Assembly: GCA_963844965.1 (NCBI GenBank)
Contig: CAWJQC010000004.1
Span: 128,001 to 192,000, forward strand
DNA length: 64,000 nt
Source of the DNA: an uncultured bacterium
Lineage (GTDB): Bacteria; Patescibacteriota; Minisyncoccia; UBA6257; 2-01-FULL-56-20
Direction: 5' to 3'
The notes under the pieces were generated by a model. That model was not told the origin of the DNA, ran no database searches, and saw only the letters and a list, made by a program, of their open reading frames with translations. Position numbers and translations under genes: made by a program. Positions 1 through 8,482 of this stretch are shown piece after piece (the stretch's first letter is position 1; each line of letters opens with the position of its first letter).

Positions 1-163
1 ATTGCCAAGACGGGGCTGGACAGCAAACCCATCGCGGCGATTTTCTGAATGTCGTTCACATACTCGACCTCCGTCCCCAAGTTCAATTCCTCGACCGCCT
101 TTTTAGTCAGCTCAAACAGCTTTTTGCACTTTTGACAGCCCGAACCCAACACTTGAATCTTCA
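1..163 (-). CDS. thioredoxin-family small redox-active disulfide protein (partial, runs off window edge)
   Basis: Minus-strand ATG at 161-163; translation MKIQVLGSGCQKCKKLFELTKKAVEELNLGTEVEYVNDIQKIAAMGLLSSPV with CxxC motif; sits next to ArsR as in arsenic/redox loci. Confidence 0.55.
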
Positions 164-168
164 TGTTG

Positions 169-489
169 TTATTTGATTTGCTTTATCATCTGTACAAATT
201 TCCGACCTTTCTTCGTTAATCGGTATTCCACGAACGTGCTTTCTTTGGAGCTTTCGATAATGCCTCCGTCGGCCAAATCCTTGAGATGATGGGAGAGGAG
301 GGTTTGCGACAATCCCGTATGCGTTTCGAGGTCGCAGACGCAATGAGGGGCTTTATACAAAAGCGAGAGCATGGCGATTCTGCTTGGGGCGGAAACGAGC
401 TTCATCTGCTCCGCCACGGGGTTGAACTCCGCGAGGTCAACCTTATCGTGAGGCCGTACCTTGCATACACACCGCTTATATATGAACAT
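169..489 (-). CDS. ArsR/SmtB-family HTH transcriptional regulator
   Basis: 106 aa; metal-site/HTH signature CVCDLETHTGLSQTLLSHHLKDL typical of ArsR/SmtB. Confidence 0.75.
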   Translation of the reverse strand: MFIYKRCVCKVRPHDKVDLAEFNPVAEQMKLVSAPSRIAMLSLLYKAPHCVCDLETHTGLSQTLLSHHLKDLADGGIIESSKESTFVEYRLTKKGRKFVQMIKQIK

Positions 490-555
490 GCGTTCATATT
501 ATAGCGATGCCCAGAGTGCGTCAAGTATGACCACGGCCATGCGGCCGTGAGCTAT

Positions 556-1000
556 TTTGGGGGAGGAATTTGGGCGCGCCATACGCGAAGCCCCGAAGCC
601 CGAACAACAGTGAGCGGCTGAGGGGCTGAGCACAGACCCGTTTAGGGGTATTGTCGGGGGTCAGGATTTTTGAGAAAAGCGAGGTCTCGTAAGGGCGGAA
701 TGGCCGTCAGGGTAGTCAATCGTGATTGACGGGGTGATTGACTAGGCAAACCGGAGTGAAGTAGGACTTCTGGTTTTGTCCGGCGAGAGTCAAAAAGCCC
801 AGCGTTTTCAGGGCAATCAGGACTTGCTACCCCTTCATTCCGAGCATACCCGAATGAAGGGGTGAATGAAGGGGTAAATCCGGTGGCTAATCCCTCGGAT
901 TTTCGATAAAATAGGTTCGTACAGCGTTCAGCAACTGCGACAATAAATAAAAACGGCGAGGTAAACTCGTCGCCTTTAGGTCCCACTTTAGACGTCCCGG
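556..1000. repeat. divergent third copy of the ~330-bp element that forms the inverted repeats of the mobile island (32395-32720, 37650-37995); non-coding
   Basis: Shared blocks with IR-R in the same orientation: gaggggc..aggggtattgtcggggg..gaaaagcgaggtc..gggtagtcaatcgtgattgacgggg vs cgaggggcgaagggg..ggaggtattgtcggggg..gaaaggtccgaggcg..ggggtagtcgttctggaacgacccc; several local hairpins; the only ORF is an implausible antisense frame. Confidence 0.45.
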
Positions 1001-1165
1001 CCAACTGCCAGGTGGGCTCCTCAGTCGGACTTACCGGGATCAACTGTTTTAAGAGCCGACCCACCGAGTCTGACTATTGCGGATCCCTAAATAGATTGTT
1101 TGATCCGGAATCTACAAGTGGGATTGTTTTTATCATAACATAAAGCGAGGTGAACGCAATGTGAA

Positions 1166-1231
1166 CCCCCACACCCAACGAGGAGTGCTGGTAACAACGC
1201 ACAAGGCATTGCTCCTCGTTAGGTGTGGGGG
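1166..1231. repeat. palindromic element of the CCCCCACACC...GGTGTGGGGG family (intergenic copy)
   Basis: cccccacacccaacgaggagtgc...gcattgctcctcgttaggtgtggggg; ~25-bp imperfect stem; same termini as copies at 45720, 63584 and 63818. Confidence 0.65.
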
Positions 1232-1454
1232 TGAATTCAACGAAAAAGTGCATAAGTTACAAACCAGTGATTGATAAAGCACAGGTTTTCGGTTATAAAG
1301 CTTAATATATGCCCGGTACTACAACTTTGACGACGCCACTCTGTGCTTATATGTTTTATTCGGCAACAGCGGCCATAATAAACGGCCCGCACAAAGTTTT
1401 GTTACCAGGCAAACGGTCAAGGTCGCAGCATAAATCAAAGTTGTAGCACTGGGT

Positions 1455-2777
1455 ATGACCAAAAAAAGGCGGCGAATCATATTTTATACGCTTCTTCTCC
1501 TTTTTATTCTCGCGGGGGCGAGCGTCATTCTGTACGTAAACGGCTGGAGATTCAATTTCACGACATTCAGATTGGGGAAGGTCGGGGCCATATACGTCCG
1601 AAGCTATCCCCCCCAGGCGAACATGTATCTCGGCGGCCGGTCGGTGGAGAACAAATCCGGATTTTTCCAGAAAGGCACTTTCGTGAGCGACCTTTTTCCT
1701 AAGAACTACAAGCTTAAACTCACCCTGGATGGTTACGAAACTTGGGAAGAAAATGTCCCAGTTTTGCCGTCACTCGTGAGCGAGGTGAAATACGCGGTCC
1801 TTATACCGGAAAATTCCCGAATGGCTGCCACGGGGACTTTCAAAAACTTCTGGCTGCTCGGCAGCGGGGCGCTCACGGAAAACGCCGGAAATAATCTGCT
1901 CTACGACGGCAAAAAAATCGGCGCCGGCAGCGCCGCGGGATGGACGAGCGATTTCAAAAATATTCTCATACACAATGAGGCGCTTGGTAGCTATTCCCTG
2001 TACAACACCGACACCGCAAGCAGCACCGACGTGAATCTCCTCCTGAAAAAATCCAAATTCAACACGAAGCAGGATTTTGAAGTTTTCGCGGATTCGGAGG
2101 ACAAGAGAACACTCATAGTCCGGCAGCAGAATAAATTATACGCGCTGAACATCGGGGAGCCGTCGCTCACGAGTATTTACAAAACAAATCTGGAGCTCGG
2201 AGAAAAAATCGTATCGTCCCAATTCTATTACGCCTGGACGGAATGGAATGTCGCGGAAAATACTTCCACCCTTGTCGTTTACGACAAATTTCTGCAAAGA
2301 ATCAGACCGGAACTGCCAGAACTTCACGGCAAAAACTCGGAACTTGAGTGGATAAACGGAACGAACGAGATCGCCTTGCTTCAGGACGACGGCAGTTTAT
2401 ACACCTACGACATTTCAAGCGATAACATGCAAAAAATCGCCGACGACGTGAAAACATTTGCGTTCACGGACGGTGGCGACGCAGTGGCCGCCCTCGAACA
2501 CCGGTCGCTGGAAATCTTCTTCTTCAACGCGGACAAGGATTACTACCGTTTCAATTTGCCGGATGTCGGCCGCGCCGAAAGTATCATCTGGTACTCCGAC
2601 AAGAACCATCTGTTCGTCGTTTACCCCGGCGAGATAAAATTCCTGGACATTCAAGACGCTTCGCTTGATTACTTCCCCGTTGTCGCCGAGGGCCACCTGC
2701 CGCAATATGACGAGAAAAACAACATTCTCTATCTCGTGGCAAACGATGGCCTGAAAACGCTGGATTTTCCGAAGTGA
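1455..2777 (+). CDS. hypothetical membrane-anchored/secreted protein
   Basis: 440-aa ORF with N-terminal TM helix (IIFYTLLLLFILAGASVILYV); no recognisable catalytic motif. Confidence 0.6.
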   Translation: MTKKRRRIIFYTLLLLFILAGASVILYVNGWRFNFTTFRLGKVGAIYVRSYPPQANMYLGGRSVENKSGFFQKGTFVSDLFPKNYKLKLTLDGYETWEENVPVLPSLVSEVKYAVLIPENSRMAATGTFKNFWLLGSGALTENAGNNLLYDGKKIGAGSAAGWTSDFKNILIHNEALGSYSLYNTDTASSTDVNLLLKKSKFNTKQDFEVFADSEDKRTLIVRQQNKLYALNIGEPSLTSIYKTNLELGEKIVSSQFYYAWTEWNVAENTSTLVVYDKFLQRIRPELPELHGKNSELEWINGTNEIALLQDDGSLYTYDISSDNMQKIADDVKTFAFTDGGDAVAALEHRSLEIFFFNADKDYYRFNLPDVGRAESIIWYSDKNHLFVVYPGEIKFLDIQDASLDYFPVVAEGHLPQYDEKNNILYLVANDGLKTLDFPK

Positions 2778-2863
2778 GCGGGGTGGAAAGATTCGCTGAG
2801 TCGGTTACGAAAACAGCCCCGATTTTCTCGGAGTTGTTGTACATTTCTGCCCACGGTATCGCT

Positions 2864-3649
2864 TTACCGTTTCTCCCATTTATTCAATTTATTCTGCTCG
2901 TCCTGTTGAAGCGTCTGGAGGGCTTCCTTAACGGTTGTCATGAACTGCGCCGGGAAAATTATCGTGGAATTCTTTTCGGTGGCTATCTCCGCCATGGTCT
3001 GGAGCGTGCGGAGCTGGAGCGCAACGGGATGGGTCGCAATGATATCAGCCGCTTGCCCCAATTTTTCAGCCGCTTGAAATTCACCTTGCGCGGCGACGAT
3101 CTTCGCCCGGCGCTCGCGTTCGGCTTCGGCCTCTTTCGCCATGGCTCTTTGCATGTTGTCGGGTAAAATAACGTCCTTAATTTCTACGGCGGTCACCTGG
3201 ATGCCCCACGGCTCCGTATGGACGTCTATCACATTTTTTATTTTTTCGTTTATATCAACCGTCTGCGACAAAAATTGGTCAAGCATAAATTGGCCCACGA
3301 CGTTCCTCACTGTCGTCTGGCTTATCTGATTCACCGCATCGTGGACGTTCTCTATCGCAACTACGGACTTCTGGGAATCCACCACGTGGTAATATGCCAC
3401 AGCTGCGATGTCTATTGAAACATTATCCTTTGTAATAATCTTCTGCGACGGGATATTCATCGTAACCGTCCGAAGCTCCACACGCACCATCCTCTCAAAA
3501 ATAGGAAGGATGTAAATCAGACCAGGACCACGCGCTCCAACAAGGCGGCCCAAGCGGAACACAACCGCTCGCTGATATTCCTTTATCACCTTAATCCCCG
3601 AGAGGAGCAAGACAACAATGATGATAGCTATGTACATGAGCCACTCCAT
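2864..3649 (-). CDS. SPFH/band-7 (stomatin/HflC-like) membrane protein
   Basis: N-terminal TM then band-7 core ([24 protein letters not shown]...) and a C-terminal coiled coil ([20 protein letters not shown]); ORF extends to 3736 but the likely start is MEWLMY at 3649. Confidence 0.7.
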   Translation of the reverse strand: MEWLMYIAIIIVVLLLSGIKVIKEYQRAVVFRLGRLVGARGPGLIYILPIFERMVRVELRTVTMNIPSQKIITKDNVSIDIAAVAYYHVVDSQKSVVAIENVHDAVNQISQTTVRNVVGQFMLDQFLSQTVDINEKIKNVIDVHTEPWGIQVTAVEIKDVILPDNMQRAMAKEAEAERERRAKIVAAQGEFQAAEKLGQAADIIATHPVALQLRTLQTMAEIATEKNSTIIFPAQFMTTVKEALQTLQQDEQNKLNKWEKR

Positions 3650-3817
3650 GTAGTCATTATATACTATTGCGGGTATTAATAATAGGGAAACGCAGAAATG
3701 ATGATGCTTTAAAAGCCCACCTATCGCTTCGTCCACAAGTAAAAATCCGATACTATTGACAAATATTTTATTGCATACTAACCTACGGCCAGCTATCTCC
3801 AGCCAGGAGGTTATCCA

Positions 3818-4135
3818 ATGAAAATTCTGGGTTGTGCTGCAGTACCGCTAGTTTGCATCCAAATGACCGTCGGCGACATAGGAATCCCCGAAAAGGGCGG
3901 CATCGTCCCTTTACTAGAGAAACCAGAAGAAGGAAAATTGCGACTTTACATCCCCAAGAAACTCGCTAAGGAACTTTTTCCGGGAAGCGTAATCGAAGCT
4001 CTATGTGTGCCCACGCCGGATTTGTCGATGGGCTATCAAACTTTTGTCCTCGCCAAAAAAGATGGCGGCATCACGCGGGTGATATACTCAGCTGGAAACT
4101 ATTGGGCAGAGCAATTTCGCTCACTGGTTTTCTGA
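3818..4135 (+). CDS. hypothetical small protein
   Basis: 105-aa ORF preceded by strong SD aggagg 8 nt upstream of the ATG. Confidence 0.5.
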   Translation: MKILGCAAVPLVCIQMTVGDIGIPEKGGIVPLLEKPEEGKLRLYIPKKLAKELFPGSVIEALCVPTPDLSMGYQTFVLAKKDGGITRVIYSAGNYWAEQFRSLVF

Positions 4136-4212
4136 CAAGCTCCCAGAACAAAATCATGGGGCTCCGACCAAAATCGGGGCCTGTTTTTATATCTCCCGGC
4201 CGTGCAGCACTT

Positions 4213-4684
4213 CTAGCGCTTCGCCCACTGGGGAGCCCTTCGTGCTTTCTTTAAGCCGTATTTCTTTCTTTCCACCATGCGCGGGTCGCGGCGGAGGTAG
4301 CCGAGCTTACTCAGGCGCTTTTCAAAATCGGGGTTCTTCAGGGCGAGCGCGCGGGCAAGTCCCAAACGCACCGCCTCGGCTTGGGCATTGATGCCGCCGC
4401 CATAGACCTTAGCCGACACGTCATACTTGTCACCGAGCTTCATTTTCTCCAGCGGCGCGAAAGCCAGTAATATGCAAGCGCGACAGGTCAAAGTAATTCT
4501 TGTATCCTTCTTCGTTCACCAAAAACTTTCCGTGCCCGCCTAAAACTCGCACGCGCGCAATGGCGGTCTTTCTTCTTCCCACACCCTCAACGTATCTGTC
4601 CGGTTTTTTCACCGCCTTAACCGCGGAGACCTCTTTGGTTTCCTTCGTTTGGATCTTTTTTGCTGGTTCTTTCTTTGTTGGCAT
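4213..4684 (-). CDS. rpsI: 30S ribosomal protein S9, interrupted by an apparent 1-nt frameshift (~4450-4490)
   Basis: N-terminal ORF (GVGRRKTAIARVRVLGGHGKFLVNEEGYKNYF) and overlapping C-terminal ORF (PLEKMKLGDKYDVSAKVYGGGINAQAEAVRLGLARAL...RKKYGLKKARRAPQWAKR) together make a full S9. Confidence 0.8.
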
Positions 4685-4708
4685 TTAAATAATATATTGG
4701 TACCGCCG

Positions 4709-5055
4709 TTATTTATCAACGAAGATCAAATTCTTCAACCTTTTTTGATTCAGAAAATTTTTGGGCAGCATGTGGCGCACCGTTTCCCTGAGCGTTTTCT
4801 CCGGATCTTTGGTAAAAACCTGCTCAAAAGTCTTTTCTTTCAGGGTGCCCCATGTAGCCGGTATGGCGATAATAGATCTTCTCTTTGAACTTTTTTCCGG
4901 TAACAACGAGGATCCTTGCAATTTTTCACGTATACTTTGTCACCACCGACGAGCCGCCGCTCGTATTTCGGGCTTTTCTTACCCTGTAAAATCAAAGCTA
5001 TCTCCGAGGCCAGTCGCCCCAATATCTTGTTTTTGGCATCTATGTGATAATCCAC
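4709..5055 (-). CDS. rplM: 50S ribosomal protein L13, GTG start, interrupted by two apparent frameshifts (A5 run ~4923-4927 and C4 run ~4848-4851)
   Basis: Three frames carry consecutive L13 segments: IDAKNKILGRLASEIALILQGK..GDKVYVKN / IARILVVTGKKFKEKIYYRHTGYMG / GTLKEKTFEQ..RHMLPKNFLNQKRLKNLIFVDK. Confidence 0.8.
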
Positions 5056-5058
5056 AGA

Positions 5059-5093
<35 letters not shown>

Positions 5094-5132
5094 TATATGT
5101 TTTATTCTATTTTCTAAATTCTAAATCCTTTA

Positions 5133-5486
5133 TTATACGAATTCCACGGCTGCCAGCCGCGAACCGTCCCTTTTTCTGGACTTTTGAAGTTTGATGATCC
5201 TGAGATATCCGCCGGCGCGCGCAGCGTAACGCGGACCCAGTTCTTCATAAATTTTATTGGCGATCCTCGGATTGTGCACGCGTTTCAAGATAAGGCGGCG
5301 TGCCGCCAAATTCTGTTTTTTCGCGATGGTGACGAGGCGCTCCACAACCGGCCTGATGGCCTTAGCTCTCGCCTCGGTAGTTTCAATTCGTCCCACCTTT
5401 ACCAAATCGTTCGCGAGATTGCGTAAAAAAGCACGCCTCTGTCCCCTTAACCTGTGAAATTTTTTCCCTTCTTTTAAATGTCTCAT
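5133..5486 (-). CDS. rplQ: 50S ribosomal protein L17
   Basis: 117 aa MRHLKEGKKFHRLRGQRRAFLRNLANDLV...; typical L17. Confidence 0.9.
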   Translation of the reverse strand: MRHLKEGKKFHRLRGQRRAFLRNLANDLVKVGRIETTEARAKAIRPVVERLVTIAKKQNLAARRLILKRVHNPRIANKIYEELGPRYAARAGGYLRIIKLQKSRKRDGSRLAAVEFV

Positions 5487-5490
5487 AAAC

Positions 5491-5524
5491 TAGAATCTAG
5501 AAAGTAGAATCTAGAAAGTAGAAG
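5491..5524. repeat. GTAGAAAG-type repeats interleaved with TCTAGAAT, upstream of the rplQ start
   Basis: tagaatctagaaagtagaatctagaaagtagaag begins 5 nt after the rplQ start codon (transcript sense upstream). Confidence 0.75.
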
Positions 5525-5569
5525 TCTTAGATTCTATTTTCTATTTTCCATTTTCTAGTTACGGCGCTA

Positions 5570-6337
5570 TTATGATTTCTTCGTTCTGCCGCGCTTCTTC
5601 GGCGCAGCTGCTTCGGCCTCAACTTTCGGCGCTGCGAATTCCTGGACGTTCAACGCCGAGACCTTCTCAAAATGATCTTTCAGGGCATTAGCCGATTTAT
5701 GCAAAGCCGACGACGGACTGATGGTTCCGTCGGTCTCTATCTCAACGCGCAAGCGGTTATAGTCGGTCCTGTCACCGACGCGCATGTTCTCAATTGAATA
5801 ATTGACCCTCTGCACCGGCGTGAAGATGGCGTCAATGGCTATGGTGCCGATGGAAAGCCGGCCTTCCTTCCGCGCCTCGACCGGCGAGTATCCGAGGCCG
5901 CGCTCCACCTTAACCTCCATATCAAGTTCAGCGTCTTTCGCTGTCAAGGTGGCTAGATAACTGTCCGGATTTACAAGTTCAACTTCCGAGCTCATTTTTA
6001 TCTCGCTGGCAGTCACGCCTTTCTCACCCTTTACCTTCAAGGTCAACACTTGTGGTTCATCGGTATGCATGCGGAATCTCAGTTTTTTGAAGTTCAGGCT
6101 TAGCTCTACCAGGTCCTCTTTGACTCCCGGCAAAGTTGAGAACTCATGGGGCGCGTTTTTGATCTTCAGTTCCGTAACGGCCGCGCCCGGCAGAGACGAG
6201 AGAAGCGCCCTTCGGAGCGCGTTGCCGACCGTAAGCCCGTAACCGGCGTATAATCCTTCAATCTCAAAAACGCCGTTTTTCGCGTCCTCGGAAACGGTTT
6301 TTATGGTAACGGTGGAACTTAAGTGAGAATGCTCCAT
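5570..6337 (-). CDS. rpoA: DNA-directed RNA polymerase alpha subunit, N-terminal domain only, with a Lys/Ala-rich tail
   Basis: 255 aa; alpha-NTD motifs (VFEIEGLYAGYGLTVGNALRRALLSS, GVTELKIK); ends AAPKVEAEAAAPKKRGRTKKS with no alpha-CTD; sits between rpsD and rplQ. Confidence 0.85.
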   Translation of the reverse strand: MEHSHLSSTVTIKTVSEDAKNGVFEIEGLYAGYGLTVGNALRRALLSSLPGAAVTELKIKNAPHEFSTLPGVKEDLVELSLNFKKLRFRMHTDEPQVLTLKVKGEKGVTASEIKMSSEVELVNPDSYLATLTAKDAELDMEVKVERGLGYSPVEARKEGRLSIGTIAIDAIFTPVQRVNYSIENMRVGDRTDYNRLRVEIETDGTISPSSALHKSANALKDHFEKVSALNVQEFAAPKVEAEAAAPKKRGRTKKS

Positions 6338-6353
6338 TGTTTTTTAATTATTG

Positions 6354-6959
6354 TTATTTGCTGAATGATTCGACCAATAAGTTGACATCAAACGGGGAGG
6401 TAGCCTCCGGAGGCGAAAGCACGCGCCCCTCCAATTTCTCTCTGTCCAAATGAAGCCACGCGGGCGGCTCGTATTTCTTGAGAATTTCGGCTCTCTTCTT
6501 TACCGCGTCAACGTCGCCCTGCGCAGTTATAACATCGCCAGCCTTGACCGAATACCCCGGCGATCTCACCCTGCGCTTGTTAACAAAAATATGGCCGTGG
6601 ACTATAAGCTGGCGCGCCGCTCCGCGCGAAGAAGCAAACCCAACCCTGTAAACCACGTTATCAAGCCGGCTCTCTAAAAATTCCACGATTTTCGCAGCCG
6701 AAGATCCTTTCGCTCTGACCGCCATCGCGAATATTCGCCTCAAATTACGCTCGTCCAAGCCGTAGCTCAACTTGAATTTCTTTTTTTCTTTGAGCTGCAA
6801 CCCGAATTCCGACAAACTCCTTCTTTGACGCTGCGGACCGTGAACGCCCGGCCGGTATGGCTTTCTCACAAAAGCACATTTTGGCGTGGAACAACGCTCG
6901 CCCTTCAGATTAAGGCGCTCGCCGACCGCTCTTTCTTTTTTTTCTTTGGGACCGATCAT
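6354..6959 (-). CDS. rpsD: 30S ribosomal protein S4
   Basis: 201 aa; S4 N-terminal zinc-ribbon-like region (CSTPKCAFVRKPYRPGVHG) and S4 domain (RLDNVVYRVGFASSRGAARQLIVHGHIFVNKRRV). Confidence 0.9.
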   Translation of the reverse strand: MIGPKEKKERAVGERLNLKGERCSTPKCAFVRKPYRPGVHGPQRQRRSLSEFGLQLKEKKKFKLSYGLDERNLRRIFAMAVRAKGSSAAKIVEFLESRLDNVVYRVGFASSRGAARQLIVHGHIFVNKRRVRSPGYSVKAGDVITAQGDVDAVKKRAEILKKYEPPAWLHLDREKLEGRVLSPPEATSPFDVNLLVESFSK

Positions 6960-6964
6960 AAACG

Positions 6965-6997
6965 TAAGTGTAAAGTTAAAAGTGTAAAGTGTAAAGT
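6965..6997. repeat. tandem octamer (GTGTAAAG/GTTAAAAG)x4 directly upstream of the rpsD start
   Basis: taagtgtaaagttaaaagtgtaaagtgtaaag; in transcript sense CTTTACAC repeats end ~8 nt before the ATG. Confidence 0.75.
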
Positions 6998-7029
6998 TTT
7001 TTGGCCATTTCCCATGTCGCTTTTCACAT

Positions 7030-7485
7030 TTATACTCGCCTCACTTTCGGCGGCCGGGGGCCGTTGTGCGGAATCGGCGTGACATCTTTTATGGAAAGGA
7101 CATCAAATCCCTGATTGATGAGAGACCTGATGGCGGAGTCACGACCGCCGCCTATCCCCTTCACGATTATCTCAACCTTGTTCGGACCGGTGTTCTTAAG
7201 CTTCTCCGCGATAACGGCAACAACTTTGGAAGAGGCGAAAGGTGTCGCTTTTTTCGGACCGGAAAAACCCAGGGCGCCCGCGGATGACCAGGCGAGCACG
7301 TCGCCCCGCGTATCCGTCACTGTCACGACCGTGTTGTTGTAAGACGCGTTAATGTAGACGCGGCCTTCTTCTGTTTTCTTGGATTTCTTGGCTGTCTGCG
7401 CGGCCTGCGGCGCTTGAGCCGCCGGGCTTTCTTTCCCGGTCTTAACTTCTTCAGCTGTTTGTTCTTTTATTTTTTTCTTACCCAT
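7030..7485 (-). CDS. rpsK: 30S ribosomal protein S11 with a Lys/Ala-rich N-terminal extension
   Basis: GRVYINASYNNTVVTVTDTRGDVLAWSSAGALGFSGPKKATPFA...GIGGGRDSAIRSL. Confidence 0.9.
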   Translation of the reverse strand: MGKKKIKEQTAEEVKTGKESPAAQAPQAAQTAKKSKKTEEGRVYINASYNNTVVTVTDTRGDVLAWSSAGALGFSGPKKATPFASSKVVAVIAEKLKNTGPNKVEIIVKGIGGGRDSAIRSLINQGFDVLSIKDVTPIPHNGPRPPKVRRV

Positions 7486-7487
7486 GT

Positions 7488-7871
7488 TTACTTCAATTCA
7501 ACTTTCCTCTTACCGCTGCCGGCGGTTCTCCGAACGTTTCCGCGGACGGTCCGCGAATTCGTGCGCGTCCGCTGTCCTCTTGAGGGCAGCCGCCGCAAGT
7601 GGCGCGAACCGCGATACGTCTTCAAGTCTTTTAACCTTTGGATATTTCTTTTTATAAGCTGGCGGAGTTCGCCTTCTATCGCGAAATTTTTTTCAACGAT
7701 ATTTTGGACGCGCGCAATCTCTTCGTTCGTGAGCGCGTTCGCCCTTTTATTCATGTCAACTTTGGCCGAACCCAAAATTTTCCGGCTCGCCGGCACGCCT
7801 ATGCCGTAAATATAAGTCAGCGCTATCTCAATTCTTTTATTATCTGGAATGTTAACGCCGAGAATGCGCAT
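7488..7871 (-). CDS. rpsM: 30S ribosomal protein S13
   Basis: MRILGVNIPDNKRIEIALTYIYGIG...KTYRGSRH. Confidence 0.9.
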   Translation of the reverse strand: MRILGVNIPDNKRIEIALTYIYGIGVPASRKILGSAKVDMNKRANALTNEEIARVQNIVEKNFAIEGELRQLIKRNIQRLKDLKTYRGSRHLRRLPSRGQRTRTNSRTVRGNVRRTAGSGKRKVELK

Positions 7872-7873
7872 GC

Positions 7874-7907
<34 letters not shown>

Positions 7908-7954
7908 TTATGTTTTTATTCTATTTTCTATTCTCTAAATTCTAGATTCTTTAT

Positions 7955-8068
7955 TTATCCTTGTCTTTGTTTATGTTTGGGATTAACACAGACGATATAA
8001 AGCCGCCCCCTGCGCTTAACGACCTGGCAATTTTTGCAAATTTTTTTTATTGAACTTCTTACCTTCAT
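7955..8068 (-). CDS. rpmJ: 50S ribosomal protein L36 (not in the supplied ORF track, below its length cut-off)
   Basis: Manual minus-strand translation [37 protein letters not shown] (38 aa); expected position between infA and rpsM. Confidence 0.85.
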   Translation of the reverse strand: MKVRSSIKKICKNCQVVKRRGRLYIVCVNPKHKQRQG

Positions 8069-8158
8069 GTTAACGCAATCCGAATCTGCGAATACATCCG
8101 AATGATACGAATTTTTATTCGGGGCATTCGGATGAAATTCGGATTTTTCGGGTCGCTA

Positions 8159-8377
8159 TTATAACCTCCGCACTATTCTTCCTCTTCTGCCGTCCGGACC
8201 AAGCTCAACCAAAACCCTATCGCCGGCTAGAACCCGGATATTGTTCAGCTTCATTTTGCCCGCCAAGTGAGCCAAAACCTCCACGCCTGCCTTTTGTTTA
8301 AGGCTGACCCTGAAAGTTAGACCGGGCAATGCTTCTAAAACCGTGCCTTCCTCGGACGCTTTCATCACGTTACTCAA
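8159..8377 (-). CDS. infA: translation initiation factor IF-1
   Basis: [62 protein letters not shown]; S1-like fold. Confidence 0.85.
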   Translation of the reverse strand: MSNVMKASEEGTVLEALPGLTFRVSLKQKAGVEVLAHLAGKMKLNNIRVLAGDRVLVELGPDGRRGRIVRRL

Positions 8378-8482
8378 AAATTGAATGACGCATATATCCT
8401 ATGTGTGGGGTGGCTCAACTCACAACTTATTATGTAGATTATAAGCGATAGGGAGTATATCTGTCAATGCCTTTTCGTAACC

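Noticed and set aside
642-1064. 140-aa minus-strand ORF inside the 556-1000 repeat region
   Set aside because: Low-complexity, Pro/Ser-rich translation with no start context; it lies across hairpins of a non-coding repeat element.
556-1100. Possible tmRNA, RNase P RNA, SRP RNA or group II intron domain V
   Set aside because: No tRNA-like 3' end (GGTTCGA...CCA), no tag ORF ending in ALAA-stop, no P4 GGAAAGUCCGG or ACAGAACCCGGCUUA, no SRP GGAAGCAGCC, no domain-V AGC hairpin on either strand; homology to the island IR element explains it better.
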